The notes below the pieces were generated by a model. It did no database searches. It saw only the letters and a list, made by a program, of their open reading frames with translations, and had not been told where the DNA came from. A DNA stretch of 64,000 bases, from NCBI GenBank assembly GCA_977016875.1, contig CDRNST010000382.1:1550001-1614000 (forward strand), read 5' to 3'. Both the position numbers and the translations under genes were made by a program. The stretch comes from Pavona decussata. Taxonomy: Eukaryota. This document shows positions 50,011-61,855 of the stretch, piece after piece (position 1 is the first letter of the stretch; every line of letters starts with the position of its first letter).

Positions 50011-50581
50011 TTTTAGAGATTGTCATTTTGTCAAGATTTTCATTCAACGGGTTATCAACTGGTTCAATATAGAAAACAGGATCAAGTTCAATCCGTCTAG
50101 CGAAGAAAGACTGTTCGGCATCCTCTCGGGCCTACATGAAAAGGTACTAGTAAGGAAATTCAATTATACCATGTTATTTATTAGATACTATATTTACGCC
50201 AACAAACTACACAACAAACCAATCCTCCTCCAAGACTTCGTTGATAAAATGATAATTAAATACAGAATTGAAATGCTATAAAATCGAAATGAAAAAGAAC
50301 TCCTCTGACTTGATCAATGGAACTTATTACCTCTTGCGTTGTTTCCTTTTTTTTTTTTGCTGTTTATGTGGGCGTGTGTGTCTGTGCGTGTGATGTATTA
50401 GAATTGTAAGTAGTGTAACCATTGTAATTATTAGTAGTACAGGTATTGTATGGATGGTATTGATAGTATAGCTAACATTGTAAGTAGTACAAGTTTAGTG
50501 AATATTGTTAGTAGTATTTAGTATCAGTAGTGTTTAAAACTGTTAACATTTAATATATGTCTGTAAGGCAAATAAAAAAAA
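50011..50581 (+). mobile_element. 5'-truncated L1/Tx1 3' end inserted into the endonuclease region of the 47100-52431 LINE
   Basis: TSD ACTCTCTCGGGC / ACTCTCTAGGGC (49999-50010 / 50582-50593). ORF2 C-terminus, repeat-rich 3' UTR, AATAAA plus poly(A). Confidence 0.85.
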
Positions 50582-51338
50582 ACTCTCTAGGGCAAACTCC
50601 TGTAATTGGTGGTTTAGCTTTGTGAAGAAATTTACCTGTTGATTAGCGTCATTTGGCGCGTAAACATTAACAAGAACAAGCGGAGTGTTGTCTCTTAGTA
50701 ATTTCAAGATAATAAACCTCCCTCTTTGGTCAGAAATACGCTTTTCTACCTTAAGATCTAAAGAAGGATTAATTAGAATCATCACACCTTTACTATGGCT
50801 TGTTCCGTCGCTGAAAAACACCTTGCCTCCCCATTCATTTTCCCATGTGGATGTGCATAAATTAGTGCTGTAGCACTCCTGCAGGAATATGAAATCTTGT
50901 TTTTGTTTATGTGACCACCGAAAAAGCAAACGACGTTTAAGAGACTTGTTTAGACCTCTGACATTTAATGACAGGCATTTTAAATCAAGGGAATTAAAAT
51001 CAACGATTTTTTCTGAAGTTGCGAGCAACAGGCGCAGGTGACGAAGAACGCAAAGCTTCCAAAGGAAATTTTTTGCAAGCAGTTTTTTTCGGTAACTAAA
51101 AATTCAATAAAGCAATCGCATAAATAGGGAAACGATGAAAGCACCAGTAGCAAGAATCTTATCGTATAATAAAGTACAAAACAAACATGAACATAAATAA
51201 CACAGCAACTTACATACAGACTAATCCTCACAAACATATCAAACTACAATGAAACCTTGATCAGTGTCCGGAAATAGCCAAAGCGGGTTCCAGGTTAAAA
51301 TCTGGGCAGAAGCAACCATAAATTTCTGTTGATGGAAA

Positions 51339-52271
51339 TTAAGGGGCGGTGGGACGAAAATCATGTGGAATGTTAGTAACATTGAAAGCTTCTTTGTTGA
51401 TGTAGAGGATTCGGTTGATAACTTTAGCATCACATCCTTGTTCTTTTGCAGCATACATGGCTTGAATCAAAGTTTTTCTCTCTTCTTGGATCGCTCTCGC
51501 ATAATCTTTCGTAATATAAGCATCTTTGTAGTGTCGGGAATGCTTAAGACGGTTTTTAACAGCAAAAACCGCGTCTCTGTCTTCCTTCACGACGAACCTT
51601 GCAATGATGGCGCGAGGGCGTGGCGAACTGTTGATATCACTGTTTCGCGACGGTGGTTTTCCGACACAATGCACAGCATGAAATCTTTTGTCTTGTGGGT
51701 CTATCTTTAGCTCATTGTCGATTATATTGTAGACTATATCAGCACAATTTTCGTCAGCCTCTTCCGGGATGTTCATGGACCTTAAGTTTTCTCTCCTTGT
51801 GTAATCTTCTAGGGCAACGAGACTTTCTTGTGTTCTTTGCTGTGACGTTTTCAGTAGTGCAGTTTCAGCTTGTGATTTAGCAAGCTCCTCTTTTAATAAC
51901 TTGATTCCCCGTGACTGGCGGTCGAGCATTTCTTGATGTGTCCTTTTTGAGTCTTTGTGAGTCTTGAAGTCTTTCTGGACATCTTCAATCGTGGCCCACG
52001 CATTCTCAAGGGATTTTTCGATCTCTTTGATTGTACATTTGACACCTTCCATTTCTTGCATGAGTTCACATCTTAGGGTTGATACTTCAGTGTGCAGATT
52101 GTTAAAATTATCCTCCATTCTGCTTTCTATAGCACTAAGTTTGTCTAAGATGACTTTTAAGGACAGAGGTGAATCTGTGTCAACTTCATTGTCCATCTCA
52201 CCGCGATTTCGCTTCAGTGTGGGTTGAGAGTTCGAACTTGAGCTTGATGAGCGTTGTGTCCATTTCGACAT
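51339..52271 (-). CDS. LINE ORF1p (coiled coil + RRM-type domain)
   Basis: 310 aa, heptad-rich region, RRENLRSMNIPE, HAVHCVGK, PRAIIARF. Confidence 0.85.
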   Translation of the reverse strand: MSKWTQRSSSSSSNSQPTLKRNRGEMDNEVDTDSPLSLKVILDKLSAIESRMEDNFNNLHTEVSTLRCELMQEMEGVKCTIKEIEKSLENAWATIEDVQKDFKTHKDSKRTHQEMLDRQSRGIKLLKEELAKSQAETALLKTSQQRTQESLVALEDYTRRENLRSMNIPEEADENCADIVYNIIDNELKIDPQDKRFHAVHCVGKPPSRNSDINSSPRPRAIIARFVVKEDRDAVFAVKNRLKHSRHYKDAYITKDYARAIQEERKTLIQAMYAAKEQGCDAKVINRILYINKEAFNVTNIPHDFRPTAP

Positions 52272-54039
52272 TCAGACACACGGTTAAGCTTTCATAAATA
52301 AGTCTCGTAAACTTCAAACTGCTGCCCAAGGTCCTCTGGATTAGTAAGAAGAACCCATGAAGGCTTTCCCGGCTAAGACATTACAGAGCGGAATAAACGT
52401 GTCTAGCAGCCATCTTACCTGCACCACTGACCAGGCACTTATTACGCTTATTGAGAAGAAGGATCAAGATCGTTGTCACCTGAAAAATTGGAGAAAATTT
52501 CATTACTCAACGTTGATGCAAAGATAGCTTCGAAAGCTATTGCCGAAAGAATGAAGCGACTACTGCCAAATTTGATAAATGGAAATCAATCTGGTTATAT
52601 TCCGGGTAGACGTATCAATGAAAATATTCATTCCGTTCTGGATATATTAGATTACATGAAAGATAAAAACTTGCAAGGTCTTTTGATATTTATCGATTCT
52701 GAAAAAGCATTCGACAGTTTAGAATGGGACTTTCTAATTAAGTGTTTAAAACTTTTTAATTTCGGGCATGACTTCATAAGATGGGTCAATATTTTCTATT
52801 CAAATATTCAAAGCTGCACAATTAACAATGGGCTATGCGCTCACTATTTTAATATAGAACACTGTGTGAAAGAGGGTGACCCTCTCTCGCCATACCTTTT
52901 TGTAACTGCATTTGAAATATTGGCTATTGCTGTTAGAAACCAAGAAAACATTAAATGAATTAACATAAATGGTTTAGAAACTAAATAATCGTAATTTGCA
53001 GATGACACGGCTGTGGTGTTAACAGATTTGAATTCACCGCGTGCTTTGTTTAAACCACTTGAAAGTTTTTTTTAATTTTTAATTGTGTATTTTGAAAATA
53101 GTCACCAAAGGGAACATTTAGGTAAAATAAAATGAAATCTGAAATTTCCCATTCGTCGTGGGATTTTTTAAAATTTATGGTCAATAGCTCTTAACAATGA
53201 CTTTTTTCATATTACGTTTCCGTACTGTTCACTAAATTGTTGTGTGACAGTTGAGGTAATTTGATTCCAATCTTTTATGTTGCTGTTCTGAAAATCCCCC
53301 CCCTCCCCAATGAACTGATTAACTTTCTCTTAATTTCAATTTTAATTTCTTTCCCATTTTGTCGTGTTCGTGTCTCCTCCGTTAACCATGGATGACAAAG
53401 TAAGACAAGGGTGTCTAATACCATAAGACCCCTCTATTTATCTGTCATAGAACTGCAGAAGGTTTTCTGTGGAACGATCTGCCGGTAACAGAAAAGGATT
53501 TTTTTTTTATTCCTAGCACAATAATTATTGTTTCAGATAAAACCATTCTAACGTGCATTGTACATTGCTCAACGTCAACCGGAAAGACCTTTGAAAATCC
53601 TGGACACTGGCATTGCCCTAATTGCTTACACTTGAGCTAAACACGGAATGCAATGGTTGTTCGCTTCAACAGCCATTTCAATGTGACAGTGGCTGAAGCG
53701 GAGACTTCTGCCACTGAAAAGCTAAAAAAATAAGGACAAATTGAGAAACGAGCAAGGAACCCCAAGGAGAATTGTCAGGAGGGAAACTTGTTTGTTCCCA
53801 ATGCCACAAAAGCAATCCAAATAAGAAAGCATTGCAGAAGTGGTCATCCAACATTCAAGTGTGTACAAGTGTGCAATTTGCACGGCCATTTGAAATTCCA
53901 GTGTCACTTCATGACCACTCCCCTGAAGAGATAGGTGGAGGCTGCTTAAAGTGGTTCAACGAAAAGAGGAAACAGATGTGTTTGGATCACAGAGGGAAAG
54001 CTAAAGAAGACGGCTGTCCTCTATTTGTTCGATTTTTCA

Positions 54040-55700
54040 AGTGATGATAATAGAATTCATTCTCGCTGAAACGTGTATCTTTCAGTTTTTGATGGCGGTG
54101 TACACTACTGGTCACTCTTAGGTCATGTTGTGGTTACATTCCACTCAAAAACTGCAAAATGGTCATGTTGATGTTGCAGAACAAAAGTTGCCTTCATCCT
54201 TAAAGCCATATCGAAATGCTTTCTCTACATGGAAGAAAGGGTGCTGCTATAGGACACTTTGGAGAAAAGTGACCAGGAATTCGTCAAGGAGCAAATTGAT
54301 GAGGATGCTTATGACGTTGAAGTGTTCCACAGCCAAGGTCAGCAGTCGGGTCCTTTTTATCCTCCATTGGGTAAAGGGTTAACCGACATGATCGGTTCAG
54401 CTGTGGAAATTCTCTGGGTGACCCGTACCAAATAACTGGATAAGCCATGATGATAGATGTGATGAACGTGAAAACAGATATTCCATTTCGCTGTTTTTTC
54501 AGTGATTATGTAACCGTAAAACAATGCATCAAGCGAGATGCAGACCTTCACAAATCAAACATAAGCATTATATTTAAATACAAATACAGCATACTGGCAT
54601 GCAAATTTTGGGTGTAATGCGAACCAATTTACGCTGCTTCATTGTTTCCCATAAGCTTCCTTTGTCGTAGACCAACTGGCCATCATGCCATTTTAATTGG
54701 TATCTTTAGGAGATGGTTACAAACGCCCTTATATATGTCACAATTATGAATATTATCTAAGCATTAAGTATTCAGTATCTATTAATTCCGTAGGTCAAAA
54801 CTCTTCAAGTAATCTACCGCAGGTATGGCGTCCAGACTGTATTACACGCCTCAGATCAAAACTGGGAATTCCTGAAAATTTTCAGAAGCTTTTCATAAAA
54901 ATTTGGGGGGCATCTGGTACGTAAAATAAATAGTCCTTTGAATTTATATTTAGGTTTATATATCACTACATTAATCGATTGATCAATGACCAAAGGAAGG
55001 AAAGAGCTGGAAGAGACAATGACAATTCAGTAAAAAAGCTCACAGACATTAATTTTCCAAGGTACTTTTTTATGGCATCTTTATTTTTTGATAATTTCAA
55101 TATCCCAATAAATCGATTGAACTCACATAAATTTAAAAATAGAAAGACACAAAGACAATGAAACGAAAGTTCAATTTGCTTATTTGGTCATATAGTATTA
55201 CTTTGTTCATGCCAGATATGTACGATTTTAAATATAATCATCATATTTCTCGGGGGATGGCATTCCGCTTCGTGTCCACACGTGGTGGTTCAACTGAGAT
55301 GAGAAAGCCTGAGAGACTACGTGGACGTGCTGCGACTGCTTGCATTTGCACCCTCCGATATGTCACCACGTCTACCAGCGCACGCAAACCATACAATCCC
55401 ACACTTCTTTAGACCACATGATAGCAGGTTGTTTTCACCATCGGAAAACAACATCAATCCAGCGAAGGAAGGAAGGCTGGTTCAACACTTGCCTTGGGTT
55501 AAAGGTGCTTCTCTCCCGAAAGCACTTTGATTTGGCTCTGAGTTAAATGAAGACAATGTTCATCCAGTTACTGGCATATCAAATCGGTACTCTCTGTGGG
55601 ATCACTTTCACGAAATAAAGTCATCTTGTCCAACAGATTTGTTGTGATGTGTGACTCTGGTTTCCGAGCTTAGTGCAATCAACACTTATGTCCAGGATTG
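54040..55700 (+). pseudogene. Remnant of KDZ/HMGXB3-like transposase
   Basis: GGWHSASCPHVVV...ESLRDYVDVL...SDMSPRLPAHANH...FFRPHDSRL...YSLWDHFHE; many stops. Confidence 0.5.
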
Positions 55701-56022
55701 ATATTGTTAGCAAAAATTTGCTAGCAAATTATTTTCGCAATTAAAGCAAAAAGACACTGTTATGACGACATCATAATGGGATTTTAAGGCAAGGCATTTG
55801 ACAATGGTTTGCAGGCCAAGGCGGCAGGGTCCAAGTCTTTCTTATTTCCAGCCAATCAGAATTTAGGGCATTCCGGACTATATCATTCTTAGGGGCACTT
55901 CTCAATGTGCTCCCCCCCCTTTCGATCGCTCACCATCACGTCGTTCACATCGCTGGTTTGAACCAATTTTCAGCATCTTTTAGGCAAGTACCCTCTCTTC
56001 CTTTTATCTTTCCTTTTATTCA

Positions 56023-56597
56023 ATGGCTGAGCCTCGTGATCTAGTTCTGGGCGATTCTTTTATTCGCTGTTTGCCCCTTTTCCTGTCCCATAAATCTTAC
56101 GCATTGATTTCAAGTTATCTCACTGCGTCTTTATAAAATGGCACGGAGTTGGTGGCCATACGGTTTCCAAAACGCTACATCTTGACTTGAATGTTATCGA
56201 GTCCTTTCGACCGGAGATAGTTATAATGCAGTTGGGTTCCAATGATTTAACAAACACCGACCCTTTACATGCTGGCTCAGCTATTGAAGATTTTTCTAGG
56301 CTCTTGCATGACACCTACGGTGTTAAGGTTATCTGCGTGTGCCAGACTATCATGTGCCAGAGTGCAGTGATTTTTAATTGTAAGGCCACGCTGTTAACGA
56401 AATACCTTCGGGTAGTTTTAGAGCCTGTACCTTATGCTATCTTTTGGGGCCAGAGGGGGTTTTGGCGCCCGACTCTGAACTTTTACACACGTGATGGTGT
56501 GCATCTCAATTCCTTGGGTCAGGAAAAATACCATCATAGTCTTAGGGAAGCAATCCTAAGGTCCATGAGCCTGTTCAGTTCAATCTCGTCTTGTTGA
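56023..56597 (+). pseudogene. SGNH/GDSL hydrolase ORF (one frameshift) of a DIRS/Ngaro-type element
   Basis: VLGDSF, WHGVGG, QLGSNDL, RDGVHLN motifs. Confidence 0.8.
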
Positions 56598-57187
56598 ATT
56601 TTCAACATTTCATTTCATTTCCCAGTCGAGCCTTTTAAAGTTTATGTACTTGCCTAGCCATGCCTTTGTTTTAGTGACAGCCGTTTATGTTACTGATTTG
56701 CCGCCTTTATTTAATTGGGCGCATTCTATTTTGGCTGCACTCATTGTCCTTACAGTTCTACAGAACTGTTGTTTGCCTTCCATGCGTAACAGTTTGTATT
56801 TGCTGGTGTTGGCATAATCCATACCTTGTATCTTGGTAAATATTATGAGTGTGCAATCCTATTCTACCGCCATTAGTTGGGAGTGTCCTCAATGCACTTG
56901 GATATTCTTTTCCCAGGCATTCATGTCACTCAATTCTTGCTACATAGCTCGCCATTTGACTTTCAGCAGAGTTCGGTTATTCATTACCATTATGTGTGCG
57001 CAGCTTAGCCACATTACCATTTGTTAACCAAAAAAACAAAACTCAAAGAAAAATAAACATCCCGACTCAGACCTTTGATTAATTTGCTCCTCTTTGACTC
57101 ATACCGTTTGGATATCTTATCTTCTCTTAGCGGAGACATATCGCATTTAGCCTTATCTTAACTTAATTACTTTTACTTATCTAAGTT

Positions 57188-58077
57188 ATGCCTCCTAAGC
57201 CAACGCGAACACGCGAAGTTCTGCAAAGCGGGCACATGTAACAGAACTGATCGAAACCTGCCCTGGACAGAGTGATCAACAACAACCCTCCACAGAGGAG
57301 CCTCTCATGGCCGTCAACATGCAGGCCCTCTCGGCCTCCATTTCTACCATAGTTCAGCAAGCTGTCGCAGAGGCAATGAATGCGCAATGGGCAGTCGCAC
57401 CCAGCCAGGAGACACAGTCCTCCACGGACCAGTCAGTGGCCAATATAGTCAACGCATCTTTGGCCGAGATCACCCAAAGTACTCCATTGCGTAGTGAAAA
57501 TGTTGTCACCTGGGTTGGACTCGCCGGCTTTGAAACAAATTTTTTCTAGCGTGGTTGTTTCTCTTAGCAGTCGGGTGAGTTAAAAAGTTAAAAAGATCCA
57601 AACTATCAACCAGTGGCTCTCTGCATTTATTAGTTTTGTTGCGATCTTTTCAGATAAACTACCCACAGACACACCCAAGCTGATGAAATATTGTGAAATC
57701 GTCCACGACATCGTGCAAAACCAGGTGACTGGTTGTATTATGATGAACAATTTCGTTTCATAAGGCAATCACCCTCTGCACAATACCTATGGGACGCTAG
57801 TCACTGAAAACTTTGGCTGAAGGCTGTGACAAATTTTCGTCCGAAAACCCAATTTTCCTTGGACAAGGGATCACTACGCTCCCACTCCCAGTCCTTTCCA
57901 AGAGGCACATTGCTGGCGTTTCCATGCGGGGAAGGTGTGCGACGGGTGCCGTTTCAAACACATTTGCTATAAGTGTGGCTCGAAACACCCTGCTGCAAGT
58001 GTTCCTCCAGCTAACCTAAAACACACCCCGTTAAAGCAGGCATTTCAACTGTTGCTGCAAAGCCAGTAACACCCGTA
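57188..58077 (+). pseudogene. DIRS/Ngaro-type gag remnant running into the start of pol (TPV)
   Basis: MPPK start; INQWLSAFISFVAIF...LMKYCEIV...YDEQFRF; CWRFHAGKVCDGCRFKHICYKCGSKHPA; KPVTPVK. Confidence 0.7.
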
Positions 58078-58214
58078 AAGGAAATTGGCCGACCCCCATC
58101 CGTGACACCTACTCGGTTTTCTCAGACAACGGCTCTTCAATGTCCTGCATAGGGAAAGACTTGCTCTAACTGGGAGTACCCCCTGATCCTCTGATCCAAT
58201 CAAACTGATCACCA

Positions 58215-59820
58215 ACCATGTTAGTCCAATGTCCGGATTTAATCTCTGGGTCACTCGCTCTGATATTCAATCAATCCATCGATACTGGAATTTTTCCCGG
58301 TGAATGGAAGAACGCAAGAATTACGCCTCTTTTTAAGAAATCAGGAAGTAGGAATGATCCTTCTAATTATCAACCGATATCGATTATCCCGGTTGTGGCC
58401 AAGGTTTTCGAGCAAATTATTGGTGATCAGTCGTATCATTACCTAAATGAAAACCACCTTCTTAATGGACACCAATCCAGTTTTCGCTCACTTCATTTTA
58501 TGGTTACTCCATTGATCGAAGCGACTGATAACTGGTCTTTAAACATCGATCATGGCTTTATTAATGCCGTTGTATTTTTAGATCTTTAGAAGGCTTTCGA
58601 TACTGTAGACCACGCTATTCTTCTTTCAAAATTACAAGCTTATGGTATCCAGGGTTCCACAAACCAACGGTTCTGCTCTTATTTAAAAAACCATACCCAA
58701 ACGTGTCTTGTGAACGGGAATAAATCGTCCAAAATGTTCCTTCGCTGTGGTGTTCCACAGGGAACGATTCTTGGGCCCCTTTAATTCTATTATATATGGA
58801 TGATTTGCCTAATTGCCTCCAGCATTCCCAACCTATGATGTACGTCGATGACACTAGTATTACTTTGCTGGTAGTGATGTTGATGAAATAAATAGTTGTA
58901 GGAGAGAACTCCTGTGTGGCTTGCAGCCAACAAACTAACTTTAAATATGACGAAGACAGAATTCTTTCTGATTGGTTCCAAGCAAAGGCTTCTAAATTTT
59001 ACAGCGAATCCTACTGCTAATACCAATCAGTTTCCGATTGAAAGAGTCTTGACTGTTAAATCCTTAGGTGTACACATGAAAATCTTACTTGGGAGTGTCA
59101 TATTAATGAGCTTTCTAAAAAGATTGCTTCGGGTATTAGCGCTAATAAATACCTTAGGTATTCGGTCCCATATAAGACTTTACTTTCCGAACTTTCTTAA
59201 TGCAGTTTGGCGTGGGGATCCTGTTCTAACAGTCTTTCTCAAAAGTTGCAAAAATTACAAAATTGCGCAGCACTCGTCTTAACATTTTCAAATTACAATT
59301 GTAGTACCGATGAATTGTTGCGGATGGTAAACTGGGTTATACTGGACCGTCAACCCTTTGTCACTAAATCAATAAAGATGTACAAGATTGTAAATAATAT
59401 GGCGGAATATCTTAGTTCACGTTTTGTCTTCCATTCTGATACTTTAACTTATAACCTAAGAGATAGTGACGGTACGCTTGCTATCCCACAGCCCCGCACT
59501 AATTATTGTAAAAGAAGCCTGTCTTACAGCGGAGTTGTACTTTGAAATAGTCTGCCCTTAAATATTTGACAATAGCTGTCTCTAAATGAATTTAAATCTA
59601 AGCTGAAGAATTATGATTTTGACAGTAGTCTTATATAAATTTTATTTTGTTTTTATACACGGCTTCCTTGTAAAGCAAGTTTTTATCATTTCTCTTATTG
59701 TAGTAGCTATTTGCAACACCAATTTCGTTAGGTAGTTAGATCTTAAATTAAATATTGTATAGTCCTTAAGGAAACGCTGTGTCTAAATAAAGATTTTTAC
59801 CTTTTTTTTACCTTATTCCT
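58215..59820 (+). mobile_element. CR1/L2-clade LINE, 5'-truncated RT pseudogene
   Basis: FPGEWKNARITPLFKK, NYQPISIIP, FLDL*KAFDTVDH, GVPQGTILGP, YVDDT; 3' tail ttacct repeats. Confidence 0.9.
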
Positions 59821-61855
59821 TACCCACGGATGGATCCAGGAATTTTAAATAGGGGGGGAGGGGGGGGTGCAAACTTTGATTCTGATATACTTATATTGAA
59901 ACTTTTTTGCGGTTAATTACTTATCCCTTACACCACCGAGTCGCTCTCGTCAGCATATTTCACACATTCCATAAGATTTCCCGGTAGTGGTAAATTTGGT
60001 GTGAGCTGTTTCCAAAAGTATTGCCTTTCCTTTAACTCAGAAAGAAGTGAGGACGGTGTAGGTAAGTCGTGTTGCCAAAATTGTAGCTTTCCGCTAGCCT
60101 GCAGAACAGGTGTTATTATTTTTTTTGTGTTTTTTGTAGGCGAGTGGAGGCAACCGGGGAGCGCAAGTCACATGCAATGAGAGATCCCCTCTGGAATAAG
60201 ATAAAAAACTTACCCAACAAACACTGCAAATGAAAAGACTTGCACCAGATCAGTAAGAATCAAAGGATATTTACCTGGAGAATTCCATTTCCTTTCCTAA
60301 GTACTAATTGATTGATGTGTTAAGGCTTAACAAATATCGCACAAATCGTCATATCTTGCAAGGTTATCAACATTGCTCTCTTATTGGAATTGTTTATGGA
60401 GGAAAGAAAAAGTTACTGAAGACTGGCCACTCAAACTTTTCTGATTTTGGAAAAGTAAGAATGACTTTTCTTATCCGCTCCAACTGGAACTGGTCTGGTC
60501 ACGAGCAAATAGATTGCTTCGTGACAGTTTGATGATCTCGCATTCTTCAACTTCTACCAAGCAAGGCAAGATGGCTGTGTAAAATCATGATTGTAAGATT
60601 TCAAAGGGACGATCGTGGGATTATTTTGTCCCGGAACTGGACCAGAGCGTGAATTTTCGCTTAAAAAGCAGCAGCTCATTCTGGAGATCATGAACTTCTA
60701 TTTTCTCTTGGTGCCGTGAAAGTGCGCAATTTGCAAATATTGACAATTACATTTCCCTGCAGTTTTTAATGATGAGTGAATTCCAATGAGGAAAATGATT
60801 GTCAAATTTTTTTTCCGAAATTTGCAGATTACGAAAGGAAAATTTCAAAAATATTAACATATAAGTTAAGGCATCAATATCAGCTGAAAACTAATACAGG
60901 CAATTTCCTTTGTTGATTGTTGAGCCATTTGTTTGATGCAGTGCGTTGCTACGTATTGAAAAAAAAAAATTATTTAAAATGAATAATATTATGAAATATT
61001 ATTTCAGATACTCAGTTCCATTTAGACCCCCCAAAAAGCGCTTTCTTTAAAGGTTTAATCTCTGTTCGACCAAGAATTTTTAGCACTCTCAGAAACTCTG
61101 GAAAAAATTAAAGTTTGACAAAGCTGTACAGTGTGTTAACAAGAATCGAATATAAACATCCCAAAAATCAGAAATAAAATATATTGGAGAAGCGAACTAA
61201 CTGACCAGTTTAGGGTTCGAAAAACAAATTGAGGCCCTAATTTCGGCAGCCGATCAAATTGTCAGGGAAAAAAAGCAACAGCTTAAATTAAAATTTACCA
61301 AATTTTTTGTCAACAAAAAGTGCGTGACATGTTATTTCGTCCAATACTATGGATAAAATGCACCTGAAATCAAGGTTGAAAGCGCTTCTGATTTTGTAGG
61401 TCCCAAACTTCAGTTTCGCTATTCGTGTTAAGGGGATGATAATGATTTCTTAGAACTATTTTCTTTCTCCATAAACCGCTGCACCGCTGCTTTTTGAGAA
61501 AACGATCATATGAAAAGTCAATAAACACACATGTTTATCTTTTGAATTTTATTACGTGCAAATCATTCTTCCTCTCTTGAGGTAATAAACGTATCGAGAA
61601 AGTTTGAGATAACTTAGAATCGGAGAAAAAGTATCCAAATAAGAGATTCTCGAAGTTGGTAGAATTTGAGCAGCGGGTAATTTGTCAACGTGTTACCGAA
61701 GTTAAGCATTTGCATTTTACCGCATTTCTCATCAGTAACGGCCGATTTTTTTTTAGGGGGGGTGGGTGGTCAATCTGGAAAACTATAAGGTGTTTGAATG
61801 TAAAAATATTGCCTTTCAACATCACTGACCGAAAGCAAAAAACAGCTAAAAAATG

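Larger units (their letters stand above)
47100..52431 (-). mobile_element. Near full-length L1/Tx1-clade LINE (ORF1 open, ORF2 decayed and internally deleted)
   Basis: 12-bp TSD CAGGCACTTATT (47088-47099 / 52432-52443). Poly(A) at 47100-47106. 5' end GTCAGTGGTGCAGGTAAGATGGCTGC. ORF2 pieces: SLNVRGL, FLQECYS, SDHSAV, GTDGFPAEFY, CPLCKNERQTLYHLFVLC. Confidence 0.92.
46600..53065 (+). mobile_element. Outer L1/Tx1 ORF2 fragment (pieces 46600-47099 and 52432-53065) split by a younger L1
   Basis: KVEGIIVRSRARW...EKNSKYFFNLEKRN...SSQKQAL|ITLIEKKD...ISLLNVDAKI...GDPLSPYLF...FADD. Related to the 18515-20880 fragment. Confidence 0.85.
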
